This document shows, in pieces, positions 52,301 through 63,800 of a stretch of DNA of 64,000 nt. Position numbers and translations under genes: made by a program. This stretch comes from an uncultured Desulfobacter sp. (GTDB lineage Bacteria; Desulfobacterota; Desulfobacteria; Desulfobacterales; Desulfobacteraceae). The notes beneath the pieces are model-generated. The model was not told where the DNA came from. It ran no database searches and worked only from the letters and a program-made list of their open reading frames with translations. Where the stretch lies: contig OY762069.1 of the NCBI GenBank assembly GCA_963665095.1, positions 3,744,001-3,808,000 on the forward strand. Reading direction: 5' to 3'. Every line of letters begins with the position of its first letter. Positions within the stretch are counted from its first letter, which is position 1.

Positions 52301-55148
52301 TGATGCCAAAGGCACCACCACGGAACGTACCACCACCTATACCTATGATGCTGACGGAAACATCCTGTCTTCAACCATTGAGGCGGATACCAGCACGGAA
52401 GAAAGTACCACCACCTTTACCTACGATACTCAGGGCAACCTTGAATCCGTAACAAATCCCGAAGGCCACACCACCCGGTTCACAAACTTTGACATCATGG
52501 GCAATGTGCTTGCCAAAACCGATGCCAGGGGCAAAGAATGGTCCTACATCTACGATGCCAAAGGCCGGCTGACCTCCACCACAGATCCTTTGGACCACAC
52601 CACCACCTTTGAATACGATGCCCTGGACAACCGCATTGCAGTAATTGACCCCAATCTTAAACGAACTGAATACGAATACGACAACCTGTCTAACCTGGTC
52701 AGGGTCACAGACCCTCTGGGCAATGAGACCCTGATGACCTTCACCCCAGACAAAAAGCTGGCTTCCCAAACGGATGCCGCAGGCAGCGCCACAGCCTACG
52801 AGTACGACAATGAAAACCGCCTGACCCTGACCACAGATCCTGCCGGAAATGAAACTCAGCTCACCTATACGGACGGGTCCGGCTGTTCCTCCTGCGCCTC
52901 AGGCACCGGCAACCAGATCGACACGGTAACCTACCCAACCTTCAAGAAGCAATTCACCTACGACACCCAGGGAAGAAAGCTGACGGAAACGGACATCCTG
53001 TCTGATACGGAGTCCAGAACCACGGCATTTGAATACGACAATGCAGGCAACCTGATCCTGAAAACCGACGCACAGGACAACGACACCCTTTACGCCTATG
53101 ACGCCCTGAACCGCCTGACGCTCGTAGCAGATCCAGCCGGCGGCATAACCCGGTACGAATACGATGCCCGGGACAACCTGGTCAGCCTGACCGACGCCAA
53201 TGACAACACCACAAGATTTGAGTATGACAGGGCCAACCGCCTGACAAAAGAGATCCGCCCCATGGGCCAGACAACAGCTTATGTCTACGATGAAAACGGC
53301 AACCTGGCCCAGAAGACAGATGCCAGGAACCAGCTTATCACCTATACCTATGACGCCGCCAACCGCCTTACCCAAATCAACTACTACGCTGACGCATCAG
53401 ACGCAGACCCCGCCAAAACCGTCAAGTTCACCTACGACAACGCCGGCAATCTGCTCACCTGGAACGATGGCTCTGCATCCGGCACATTTACCTATGACGA
53501 CCTGAACCGCAAGCTCACTGATACAGTCAACTTCGGGCCGTTCACAAAAGCCATTGCCTGCACCTGGGCTGCCAACAGCCAGAAAAACAGCTACACAAAC
53601 CCGTCCGGCAATGTTTACAATTACGCCTACGTCAACAACCAGCTCGCAGGCATTGAGCTGCCGGGCACCGGCACCATCACCACCAGTGCCTACAAATGGA
53701 ACCGGCCGGCCACCATCCAGTACCCGGGCGGTACTAAACAAACCCGAACCTATGACCCGCTCATGCGCCTGACCTCGGTAACAGACCAGGACCCGGGCAG
53801 CAACAATGTCATGGTCTACACCTACACCCACGATCCCCTGGACAACATCACCCAAAAATCCACGGAACACGGAGACTATAATTACGATTACGACACCCTC
53901 CAGCGCCTGACATCTGCCGACAACCCGGAAACCCAGACCGACGAGGCCTTTACCTACGATGCCGTGGGCAACCGCCTCACAGATGCAGACAACGCTGCTA
54001 CCTGGACCTACAACCAAAACAACGAACTTGAAACCCACAGCAATACAAGCTATGAATACGATAACAACGGAAACACGGTCAAAAAGACGCTCAACGGTGT
54101 AACCACCCTGTTCTTTTACAACCTGGAAGACCGCCTGGAACGGGTAGAGAACGGCGCAGGCCAGGTCATCGCCCAATACGCCTACGACCCCTTTGGCCGC
54201 AGGCTGTGGAAAGAGACCTCCGGCACCAAAACATACTTCATGTATGCCGACGAAGGCCTGATCGGGGAATACACAGCCACAGGCACAGAAATCAGAACCT
54301 ACGGCTGGAAACTCGGATCAACCTGGGGCACTGATCCATTGTTCATGAAAATCGGAAGCCAGTACTATTTTTACCACAACGACCACCTCGGCACGCCTCA
54401 AAAAATGACATCCATCTCCGGAGCTGTTGTTTGGTCTGTTAAATATTCATCATTTGGTAAGGCCGAGGTTGATAGTTCCTCTACGATTGAGAATAACTTG
54501 AGATTCCCGGGACAGTATTTTGATGGGGAGGCTGGATTTCATTATAATTTGTGGAGATACTATAACCCTAATTCGGGCAGATATATAAAAGCTGATCCTG
54601 TAGGTTCTGAAGGTGGTATAAATTGGTTTCAATATGTCTCAAATAACCCCGTTAAGCTGACGGATCCTTGGGGACTTTTCCAATATTACCACAGATGGGG
54701 AGGCCCTGATTATACTGCTGGTATAAAAGGCAAATCATGGGAGACATTGTCTAAAGCTATCAGGAAAGATGTTTTAAGACAAATCCAAAATGGCTGGGAT
54801 CCCTACTCTCCGTACGAACCATACGATGAACAAGATACCTGTTATATGTATCATGATATCTGTTATGGGGAGAGGCGAATTGATTGTCGAAGTCAAAAAG
54901 GATGCTTCAATGATTGTGTCAGGGCTAAACTTAATAAATGTGATAATGAATTAATGCGCTGCCTAATTAAAATTGGAATGTCTGGGGATGCTTTATCCGA
55001 AGCTCATAGGCTATCAGCTATACCAGTATTTGTAATACAACCAAAGGTTAGAACGGGGTATCATAATTTTATCCAAGGAGGAAGAACACCTCCTACATCT
55101 GGGACGTGGGATCTTACAACATCGATGCATACTCTTGTAAATGAATAA
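49351..55148 (+). CDS. Rhs copy 4: 5'-truncated but uninterrupted, PLA2-like tip 8
   Basis: ORF 49230-55148, homology starts ~49351; DPWGL then WGGPD...DEQDTCYMYHDICY. Confidence 0.88.
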
Positions 55149-55425
55149 AGGCCCTATGTTTTGGAAAAATAACAAAGTCGTGCTGTTAATTACTTCATTA
55201 TTTTTATTAATACAGTTAGTTTTAATTATTGGATTCGATTCACCTCGAAAGAAAGAAGACAATATTTTACCCAAAGAAATAGTTTTAACCAAGGGCATGA
55301 AAATCTGTGCCGAAACAGAAAATGATTCCATTTGCATTTCGGCTATCGATGAGAACAAGCGTTCAATTTTTTGGGGTAGGGAACATATTATAATAACTCT
55401 TGTCCCAAGACAACAACGTTGGCAT
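55141..55425 (+). pseudogene. Immunity gene 8, 5' part
   Basis: LPKEIVLTKGMKICA resembles IPREIVMSDGMEICA of 13663; cut at RWH. Confidence 0.85.
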
Positions 55426-57275
55426 CCCAAATCCACCGCCAATTTTTTACGTGGCATTCCGTGGCTGGATTTTTTGCTTTTTCTTAAAAAATTTCCAGCC
55501 GCGTGCGTGGCTTTTGGCATAACCGGCGTCCGCGCTACAATTCGGACAGAATTTTAGACGCACGTCCCCCTTTGTACTTCCATTCCTTTCAAAATTCCAA
55601 CAAATTATCCAGTTACCTCCTGAGAACCGTTATCCTGACGACAGCCCTTCCAGCAAGGCGATCCGTTTTCGGGCTCCTACTAAAACGTTAAAGCAAGGAT
55701 GACCTTTGGATAGCCTAAGGATCAACTCTCTGGACCTTTTTACTATTCGACCAGGGATATTGATAATTGAAAACCGGATGGCTTTCATCCTTCTGCCCAT
55801 CATTTGGGGCTCGAATGCCAAGCGTTTCAACATCTGGTTTAGATTAAGCGCCAGGATCATCATCCACCACCAGGCTGCATTTTCTCCAAAGTTACCCGAA
55901 GGCAATGTCCCCCCGGCCAGATCCTTTTTCATTATGGAGTGAACCTCCTCGCTTTTGCCGCATCTTTTGTGCAGCCAGTGGATAAGGTCCTCTCCATACA
56001 TATCCTGTTCCGGAATATTGGAGACAATACCAAACACTTTATACCGGAGCTCATCCATCTCCATGGTCGGAAACGGCAATTGCATTTGTTTGTCTTCCAT
56101 GCCTGGAAGAACCGGTTCAAGCACCTGACGTTTGGCAAGATAACGGTACTCAAGCCCTTTTTTGCTTTTCCCTATTCTTGAGGGGACAAAGCAGACTTCT
56201 GCCCATTCACTGCCGGTCTTCATTTTTTTACCGTTCATTTCTTTATAGATCGGCTTCCATTCAGAGGAAGGAACTTGGGCTACGGCAATTTTGAATGATT
56301 GAGTGACATCACACCCAACAGCAAATTCAATTCTCCCGAATCGATTGTTGTCTGCTGAATCACAATACTTTAAGAGGTCATGTTGGTAGCCGGCGGTATC
56401 TGATCTGAGCCGGACTTTTTCGACTCCCTGGGGTAAACAGGCCAGGGCTTCTTTGAAAACTCTTAATTGCTCGTGTCCTGCCGGAACATTCCCATCCCGA
56501 AATTCAGTGTGCAGGATCATATTCTGTTCAGCCCACCATGTATTGAAGGGCTGATAAGCCTTGAATCCTTTATAACAGAAGCTTGCTTCCTGTTTGCCTG
56601 TCTCAACCAGGGTCGCATCCTGATCCAGAGTGGCTGTTATGCATGGACGTGCCCCATTCATGGCATCACACATATCTTTGTTGATATGCGCGAAACCTTT
56701 AAGGTGGCGGTTAGAGGCCGGAATGAAAGCTTTGATTGAGGACTCTGAGCGTAACTGCTCTTGGGCGACATCATGAAAGGCCTTCAGGTATCTGAACATG
56801 GCTGAAGCAGAAGGAACAAATCGCTGTTTCTCTTTGCGCCATCTTCGTTCGATCTCACGCCTCTCTTTGCGTGGCAGCTTATAGTTCTCAGTTGAATGTA
56901 GTATCCTGCAAAATCCATGATCCGCATTTAAAATATTCAGATCGTCAACGCAGTTGCCGCCTGCAAGGTTCAACAGGATACCAGACAATACAAACTGGGA
57001 GTCTGTCCAGCCCTGGGAGCCCTTCTTTACGGTTAAATGCTTTTGAATCGATTTGGTCAGCCCAATCACTTTTGCCAAATCAAGATAAAGCGGCAGCCCA
57101 CCCAATGCAGTTGAGCCTCCGTCAGTTTTTTCCTGTTCGTACTTGAATGGTAAGATTCCCTGTGGCATAGTTTGTTGCACCCCGTTGGTGATAGTTTTTT
57201 GTTCGCACAAATACTCTATCTGCTTGAACCATCAAGCACAACGGGGTTTTTTATTTTTTTGATGGTGGATTAGGG
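55426..57275 (-). mobile_element. IS1380-family element
   Basis: IR CCC(A/T)AATCCACC; short TSD (CAT; longer if the terminal Gs are counted). Confidence 0.88.
55630..57168 (-). CDS. IS1380 transposase
   Basis: TALGGL, LDQDAT, FRDGN, RSDTAGY, RCGKSEE, FGENAAW. Confidence 0.9.
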   Translation of the reverse strand: MPQGILPFKYEQEKTDGGSTALGGLPLYLDLAKVIGLTKSIQKHLTVKKGSQGWTDSQFVLSGILLNLAGGNCVDDLNILNADHGFCRILHSTENYKLPRKERREIERRWRKEKQRFVPSASAMFRYLKAFHDVAQEQLRSESSIKAFIPASNRHLKGFAHINKDMCDAMNGARPCITATLDQDATLVETGKQEASFCYKGFKAYQPFNTWWAEQNMILHTEFRDGNVPAGHEQLRVFKEALACLPQGVEKVRLRSDTAGYQHDLLKYCDSADNNRFGRIEFAVGCDVTQSFKIAVAQVPSSEWKPIYKEMNGKKMKTGSEWAEVCFVPSRIGKSKKGLEYRYLAKRQVLEPVLPGMEDKQMQLPFPTMEMDELRYKVFGIVSNIPEQDMYGEDLIHWLHKRCGKSEEVHSIMKKDLAGGTLPSGNFGENAAWWWMMILALNLNQMLKRLAFEPQMMGRRMKAIRFSIINIPGRIVKRSRELILRLSKGHPCFNVLVGARKRIALLEGLSSG

Positions 57276-57278
57276 CAT

Positions 57279-57605
57279 GGTAAATTGGGACTAATTTCTC
57301 CCAGACAGCCAAATAATCTTTGGAAAAGTCCAAATGGAGTAATAAGGCTACTTGTTCAAGAAGCAGAAATAAAATTCGATAGTACAGGTCACGCATTAAA
57401 AGGAATTAATTTTCCCGGGAAAGAGGACGGTTATAATGTGACATATAATGACAATGGACTCTTAATTATATGGCATAGCACTCAATCCGAGGAGGAAAAA
57501 ACGTTAGATTTGATGCTCTTTCAAATGATTATTAATGGGAAAAAACCAAGCACGTTACCGGGTAGTAACAACGACAAGATCAATGTTACCGGGGGCCGAA
57601 ATTAA
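57279..57605 (+). pseudogene. Immunity gene 8, 3' part
   Basis: GKLGLISP...YNDNGLLIIW...INGKKPSTLPGSNNDKI, homologous to the 13663 protein. Confidence 0.85.
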
Positions 57606-57709
57606 GCGATAAATGGGGTAAGTGCCCGGTCGGGCCGAAAGTTCCGATTCTGGGTCGGGCCAAGCAAAATGATTTATAATCAAGCAGTTAACCTTGTTCA
57701 TTGCTGGCA

Positions 57710-57870
57710 TTGCTGGGTCACGATAATAAGCTGTAATAATAGAACATAGCTTTTGATCACTTCTTCGAAAAGGGGCTATATTTGATTTTTCGAGAGCAAA
57801 AAAGTCATTTTAAAGATCGGCCACGATCAAAAGAGCTAACTTGTTCTTTGAAAATTTGTTTTATTACCCC
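57710..57870 (+). repeat. Conserved leader, copy 2
   Basis: Paralogue of 27683-27843(-); hairpin 57815-57828, boxA-like 57842-57855. Confidence 0.8.
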
Positions 57871-60800
57871 CGCCCACCAGTTCCAGGTCTACCAGGGCGG
57901 GCTGCCGCCCCTGGAACCGCCGTCATCTTTGACAGCCAAAGCCGCCGCCGGCGGCATCATCACCCTTGGCTGGGATGCCGTGGAAGATGCCGCAGGCTAC
58001 CAGGTTTACTGCAAAGCCTCGGGTGAGGCAGACCTGACACTGCTTACCACCATTGAAGCAACAACCACATACAGCCACCAGACAACCCTTGACGGCACCT
58101 ACACCTATGCCGTGGCCACCATCAGGGAAGAGAACCAGGAAGAGTCCGTTTCAGGCCTAAGCGACACCGTCACGGCCAGTGCCGATGCCACAGCCCCCAA
58201 TGCCCCGCGTAACCTGGCCCTGGAGATGACCTCCAAAGGCATTAAGCTGACCTGGGAGGCACCAGCCTACACCGAACCTGTCACTTACGCCATTTACAGG
58301 TCGGCCCGGACTCAGATTTTATCAGTGGAGGGGATGACACCCCTTGCAAAAGACATTAACCAGACCATGGTAATCGATCCCACGCCCTCCCCAACAGACC
58401 ATTGTTATGTGGTCACGGCCATGGATAAAACAGGCAATGAATCCGCCCCGTCAGACTCCCAATACCTGAACTTTGAACTTTTGCCCGTATCAACCCTTAA
58501 AGTTTCCCAGACCGACACGGACGCCCCGGTCCTGATCTGGACCCATGCCGATACCTCGGGCAAGATCCAGGGGTATTTCCTCTATCTTGGTGAAGATACC
58601 AGCGGGTTGCAGGTCAACTCCGTGCCCATGGCAGAGCAGGCCTTTACAGACCACGGGTATTCCTTTGACAACCGTTCGTACTTCGTCATAGCCGTAGATA
58701 CCAATGATGTCCAAAGCATGGGCCGGGCCATCACCCTGCCAAGAATCACCTTTACCCCGGCGGCTGATACCGGGATCAAACGCGGCATCATGAACGCGGT
58801 CTCCTTTACCATAGAAAACCAGTCCGGCAGGGCTTTATCCAACATGATCCTCAAGGCGGACCTTGGCGGCCGCACCCACCAGTCAGACACCTTTGCCCTG
58901 GCGGCCAAAGAATCCCGGGCCGTTGAAGTGATCATTGGCGGATATGATGAACTTGCCGATATAGAGACCCTTGCCGCAAGCCTTGTAATCACGCCCAACG
59001 CGGGAGAAACCGTTACCATCACAAGAAATTCACAGGTAGACGTATCAGATAGCCTGATGCCGCTGCAGATCAAAAACGAAGCGTTCATCCGGGGCGGAGC
59101 CGGCAAAGTCTGGTTCACCCTGTCCAACACAGGTGCCGCCGATGCACAGATCGTTACAGCAGAGCGAAGCAATACTCAAGACTCTTCAGAAATCCGCTAC
59201 TACCTCATGGATGAAGACGATAATGTTCTTTATTCAAAGGCGTTTAAACAAAGCCTGGGCGATCAAATCATCACCCTGTCCAACAAACGCACCGTAGCCC
59301 GGATACCCGGCGGGCAAATGTTTACATCAGCCCCCATGGACCTGTTCGTCCCTGCCAACGCCCCGGACACTGTATACGTACGCCTCGAGATTGACCACAT
59401 ATACAACAGCATGGGCAAAGACAACCAGGTCACCATGGCCGGTACCAGGACCCGGCAGGAGATCAGCCTCAAGGCCACCTCTTATTACGGTGAGATCCTT
59501 TCCATCGCCCCGGAGGTTTCCAAAGGGGACCAGAATATTACGATCACAGGCAGGGCCATTGACCGGCTGACGGATGAGCCCCTGGCAGATGCGGCGTTGA
59601 ACCTGTTTATCACGGTGAACGGATTTGAACGCAAGATTCCGGTGATGACCGGAGCCGACGGCACCTTTACCCACACCTTTGAACCCCTTGAGGGGGAAGC
59701 CGGCATCTTTTATGTCCATGCGGTCCACCCGGATCTTCTGGACCGGCCGGACCAGGGCAGCTTTATCATCAACAAGGTCCAGGTCACCCCGTCCAAGATC
59801 CAGGTATCTGTCCCCCGGAACTATGAGCAGAAGATCAGCCTCAAGGTAGTCACAGAAACAGGCACGGACCTGACCAACCTGACTGTGGCGGCCAATGCAG
59901 CGCTTCCCCAGGGGGTCCATCTGGACTGCGGTGAGCCCATCGCCATTGTTGAAGGCGGCAGAACCGTAACTTTAAGCCCGGTTCTCTGGGCAGACAACAG
60001 TGCCGAAGATACATCTTTGATTGAGCTTGTTGTCACCAGCGACGAGTCTGCGGGAGCCCCCTGGGCCACCATCCTGGTGGATGCCCTTTATTCTCAGAGC
60101 GAACCGGCCCTGTATTTTACTCCGGACCATATAGAAACCGGTGTGGCCCAGGGCGACATGGTCACCGAGACCATCACCCTGAGCAACAAGGGGCTTGCCG
60201 CCATGACCGGCGTGGCCCTGACCCTGATCAACTCCCAGGGCAATAGCGCCCCTGACTGGATACGGCTCAACACCCCGTCAGACATCGGCACCCTGGCTGT
60301 GGGGGATGAACGCAACGTCTCCATCAGCTTTCTTCCCGGGACTGATGAGCCCCAGGGCATGCAGGTCTTTTATCTGAAAGTTGAAAGCGACAACTACCCC
60401 GAAACCAAAATCGGCCTCTACCCCACCATCTCAAGCTCCGGCATCGGCCATGTCCTGTTCAAACTGTCTGATATCTACACCGGCACCTTCAATGCCAAAA
60501 ACGAGCTGATCCGGGGCCTTGGCAATGCCAGAATCCGGATGCAGAACGAAGCCACATTAGCCGACCACACAGCCACCACAGACGACCTGGGCGAAGCCCT
60601 GTTCGAGGATCTGCCCTCAGGGGCCTACAAATGCAAAATCACCGCAAACAACCACCAGGAGTACACCGGCCGTGTCTGGGTCAAGCCCGGCATTACCGTG
60701 GCAAAGGAGGTGTTCCTGGAGTACAACCTGATCACTGTGGAATGGGAGGTCAACGAGATCACCATTGAAGATAAATACGAAATCCTGCTCTCAGCCACAT

Positions 60801-63800
60801 TTGAGACCGATGTCCCTGCTGCCGTGGTCGTGGCCGAACCCTTGTCCGTCACCCTGCCGGACATGGAAAAAGGCGATGTCTACCTGGGCGAGTTCACCTT
60901 AACCAACCACGGCCTGATCCGGGCGGACGACCTTGACATCCCCGTGCCTGACAGCGACGACAACTTCCAGTACGAGATCCTCACCGGCATCCCGGACTCC
61001 CTGGAAGCCAAGCAGCGGCTCACCATCCCCTACCGCATCACCTGCCTTAACTCCCTGGAAGCTGACGAGGAAGACCAGACCGGCGGGGGCTGCTACACCT
61101 ACCAGAAGTGCATCCCCATATCTTACGGGTATGAGTGCGCCAACGGCCGGAACACCAGCGGTGCCACCCGGCACTGTTTTTACAAGAGCGGCGGCACATG
61201 CGGCTCCGGCAGTTCCGGCGGCAGCACCAGCGGCGGGGGCTCTTCCGGCTACTATTACTCAGGGGACGGCGGAGCCTCATCTTCATCCTCAGCCCCGTCC
61301 TACACCCCCATGGAAACAGACGAACGAAAATGCCTGCCCTCACCAGACCCCAAAGAACCCGAGTGCGACAAATGCAAGGCCACCAGCCAGAACCAGAGCA
61401 TCACCGTAGGCAGTGAGGTGAACACCCTTATGAGAGAATACAGGGACGAGGCCACGGACCTGACCGTTAAAACAGCCGGGGGCTTGCTCTCCATCACCCG
61501 TCGGTACCAGTCCGGCACCTGGCAGTGGGATGACCTGAAGCAAATGGTTGACGGCCGTCCCGATGCCACCTCCCCGTACACCCCTTCCGCCTATGGCCCG
61601 GATTATGTGACCCGGGGGGATGTGCCCTATGAAAAAACCGCCTCAGGCATATACAAAAACGAGACATTCACCATAGAGCGCAAAACCGATACAGATCAAT
61701 ACCAGGCAGACAAGTACACGTTCAAAGACAAGCACGGCAACTGGATCATCTACGACACTTCGGGCCGGCCCATGTCATACGGCAGCCGCACCGGCACCAC
61801 AGCCACATACCTGTATAACAGCCAGTACGATACCCGGCCCTCCGGCCTTGAGGACCGATACGGCGCACTGGTGTTCTCGTTTGATTTTGACGGAGACGGC
61901 AACCTGATCCGGGTCTATGATGCCGATGCCAGGGAGGTGCGCTACGATTACACTGACGGCCGCCTCACCCGGGTCACGGATGTACTTGACCATGAAACCG
62001 CTTACGAATACAGCAACGGCAACCTGATCAAAAAGACCAATGCCCTGGGCCATGAGACCCTGATCACCTACAACTCTTCCAATGATCCCGTCGAGGTCAC
62101 CAACCCCGGCGGCGGGGCCTACACCTTTGAATACGACTATGACAAAAACAAAAAGCAGTACTATGCCATGGTCAAAACCCCGGGCGGCACAGTCAGGGAG
62201 ATGTGGTACTCTGCCGACAGCGACACCATCCGGGTGGACATAAACGGAGAGACCATCCAAAAGGTTGATGTGGACAACAGGACCCACATCATCACAGACA
62301 GGGCCGGCAACGAGACAATCAAAACCTATGATGAAAACGACAACCTTAAATCCATTACCTATCCTGACGGCACCAAGGTGCTGTACCAGTATGACCTGTC
62401 CCTGAACAAGCCGGTGCAAAAGCAGGACCGGCGCAACAGCATCACCACCAATGAGTACGACAATGCCGGCAACCTGATCCAAAAGGTTGATGCCAAAGGC
62501 ACCACCACGGAACGTACCACCACCTATACCTATGATGCTGACGGAAACATCCTGTCTTCAACCATTGAGGCGGATACCAGCACGGAAGAAAGTACCACCA
62601 CCTTTACCTATGACACCACCGGTAACCTTGAATCCGTAACAGATCCCGAAGGCCACACCACCAGGTTCACAAGCTTTGACATCATGGGCAATGTGCTGGC
62701 AAAAACCGATGCCAGGGGTAAAGAGTGGTCCTACATCTACGATGCCAAAGGACGGCTGACGGCCACCACAGATCCTTTGGACCACACCACTACCTTTGAA
62801 TATGATGCCCTGGACAACCGCACAGCTGTCATTGATCCCAACCTCAAACGGACAGAATACGAATATGACACCCTATCCAACCTGGTCAAGGTCAAAGATC
62901 CATTAGGCAATGGGACCCTGATGACTTACACTCCGGACCAAAAGCTGTCTTCACAAACCGATGCCACAGGCAGCACCACAGCCTACGAGTACGACAATGA
63001 AAACCGCCTGACCCTGACCATGGACCCGGCCGGCAACGAAACCCGGCTCACCTATACAGACGGGTCCGGCTGCTCCTCCTGCGCATCCGGCTCCGGCAAC
63101 CAGATCGACACGGTAACCTACCCGACCTTCAAAAAACAGTTCACCTACGACACCCAGGGAAGAAAGCTGACAGAAACCGATATCCTGTCTGACACGGAAT
63201 CCCGGACCACGGCCTTTGAATACGACAATGCAGGCAACCTGATCCTGAAAACCGACGCACAGGACAACGACACCCTTTACGCCTATGACGCCCTGAACCG
63301 CCTGACGATTGTGGCAGATCCAGCCGGCGGCATGACCCGGTACGAATACGACGCCCGGGACAACCTGATCAGCCTCACCGACGCCAATGACAATACCACC
63401 CGGTTCGAGTACGACCGTGCCAACCGCCTGACAAAAGAGATCCGCCCCATGGGCCAGACAACAGCCTATGTCTATGATGAAAGCGGAAACCTGGCCCAGA
63501 AGACAGATGCTAAGAACCAGCTTACCACCTATACCTACGACACAGCCAACCGCCTGACCCAAATCAAATACTATGCCGACGCATCAGATCCCGATTCCGC
63601 CAAAACCGTCAAGTTCACCTACGACAACGCCGGCAATCTGCTCACCTGGAACGATGGCTCTGCATCCGGCACATTTACCTATGACGACCTGAACCGCAAG
63701 CTCACTGATACAGTCAACTTCGGGCCGTTCACAAAAACCATTACCTACACCTGGGCTGCCAACAGCCAGAAAAACAGCTACACAGACCCATCCGGCAATG

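Noticed and set aside
55141..55557. 138-aa ORF as an intact gene
   Set aside because: Chimera of the immunity 5' part and the IS1380 end.
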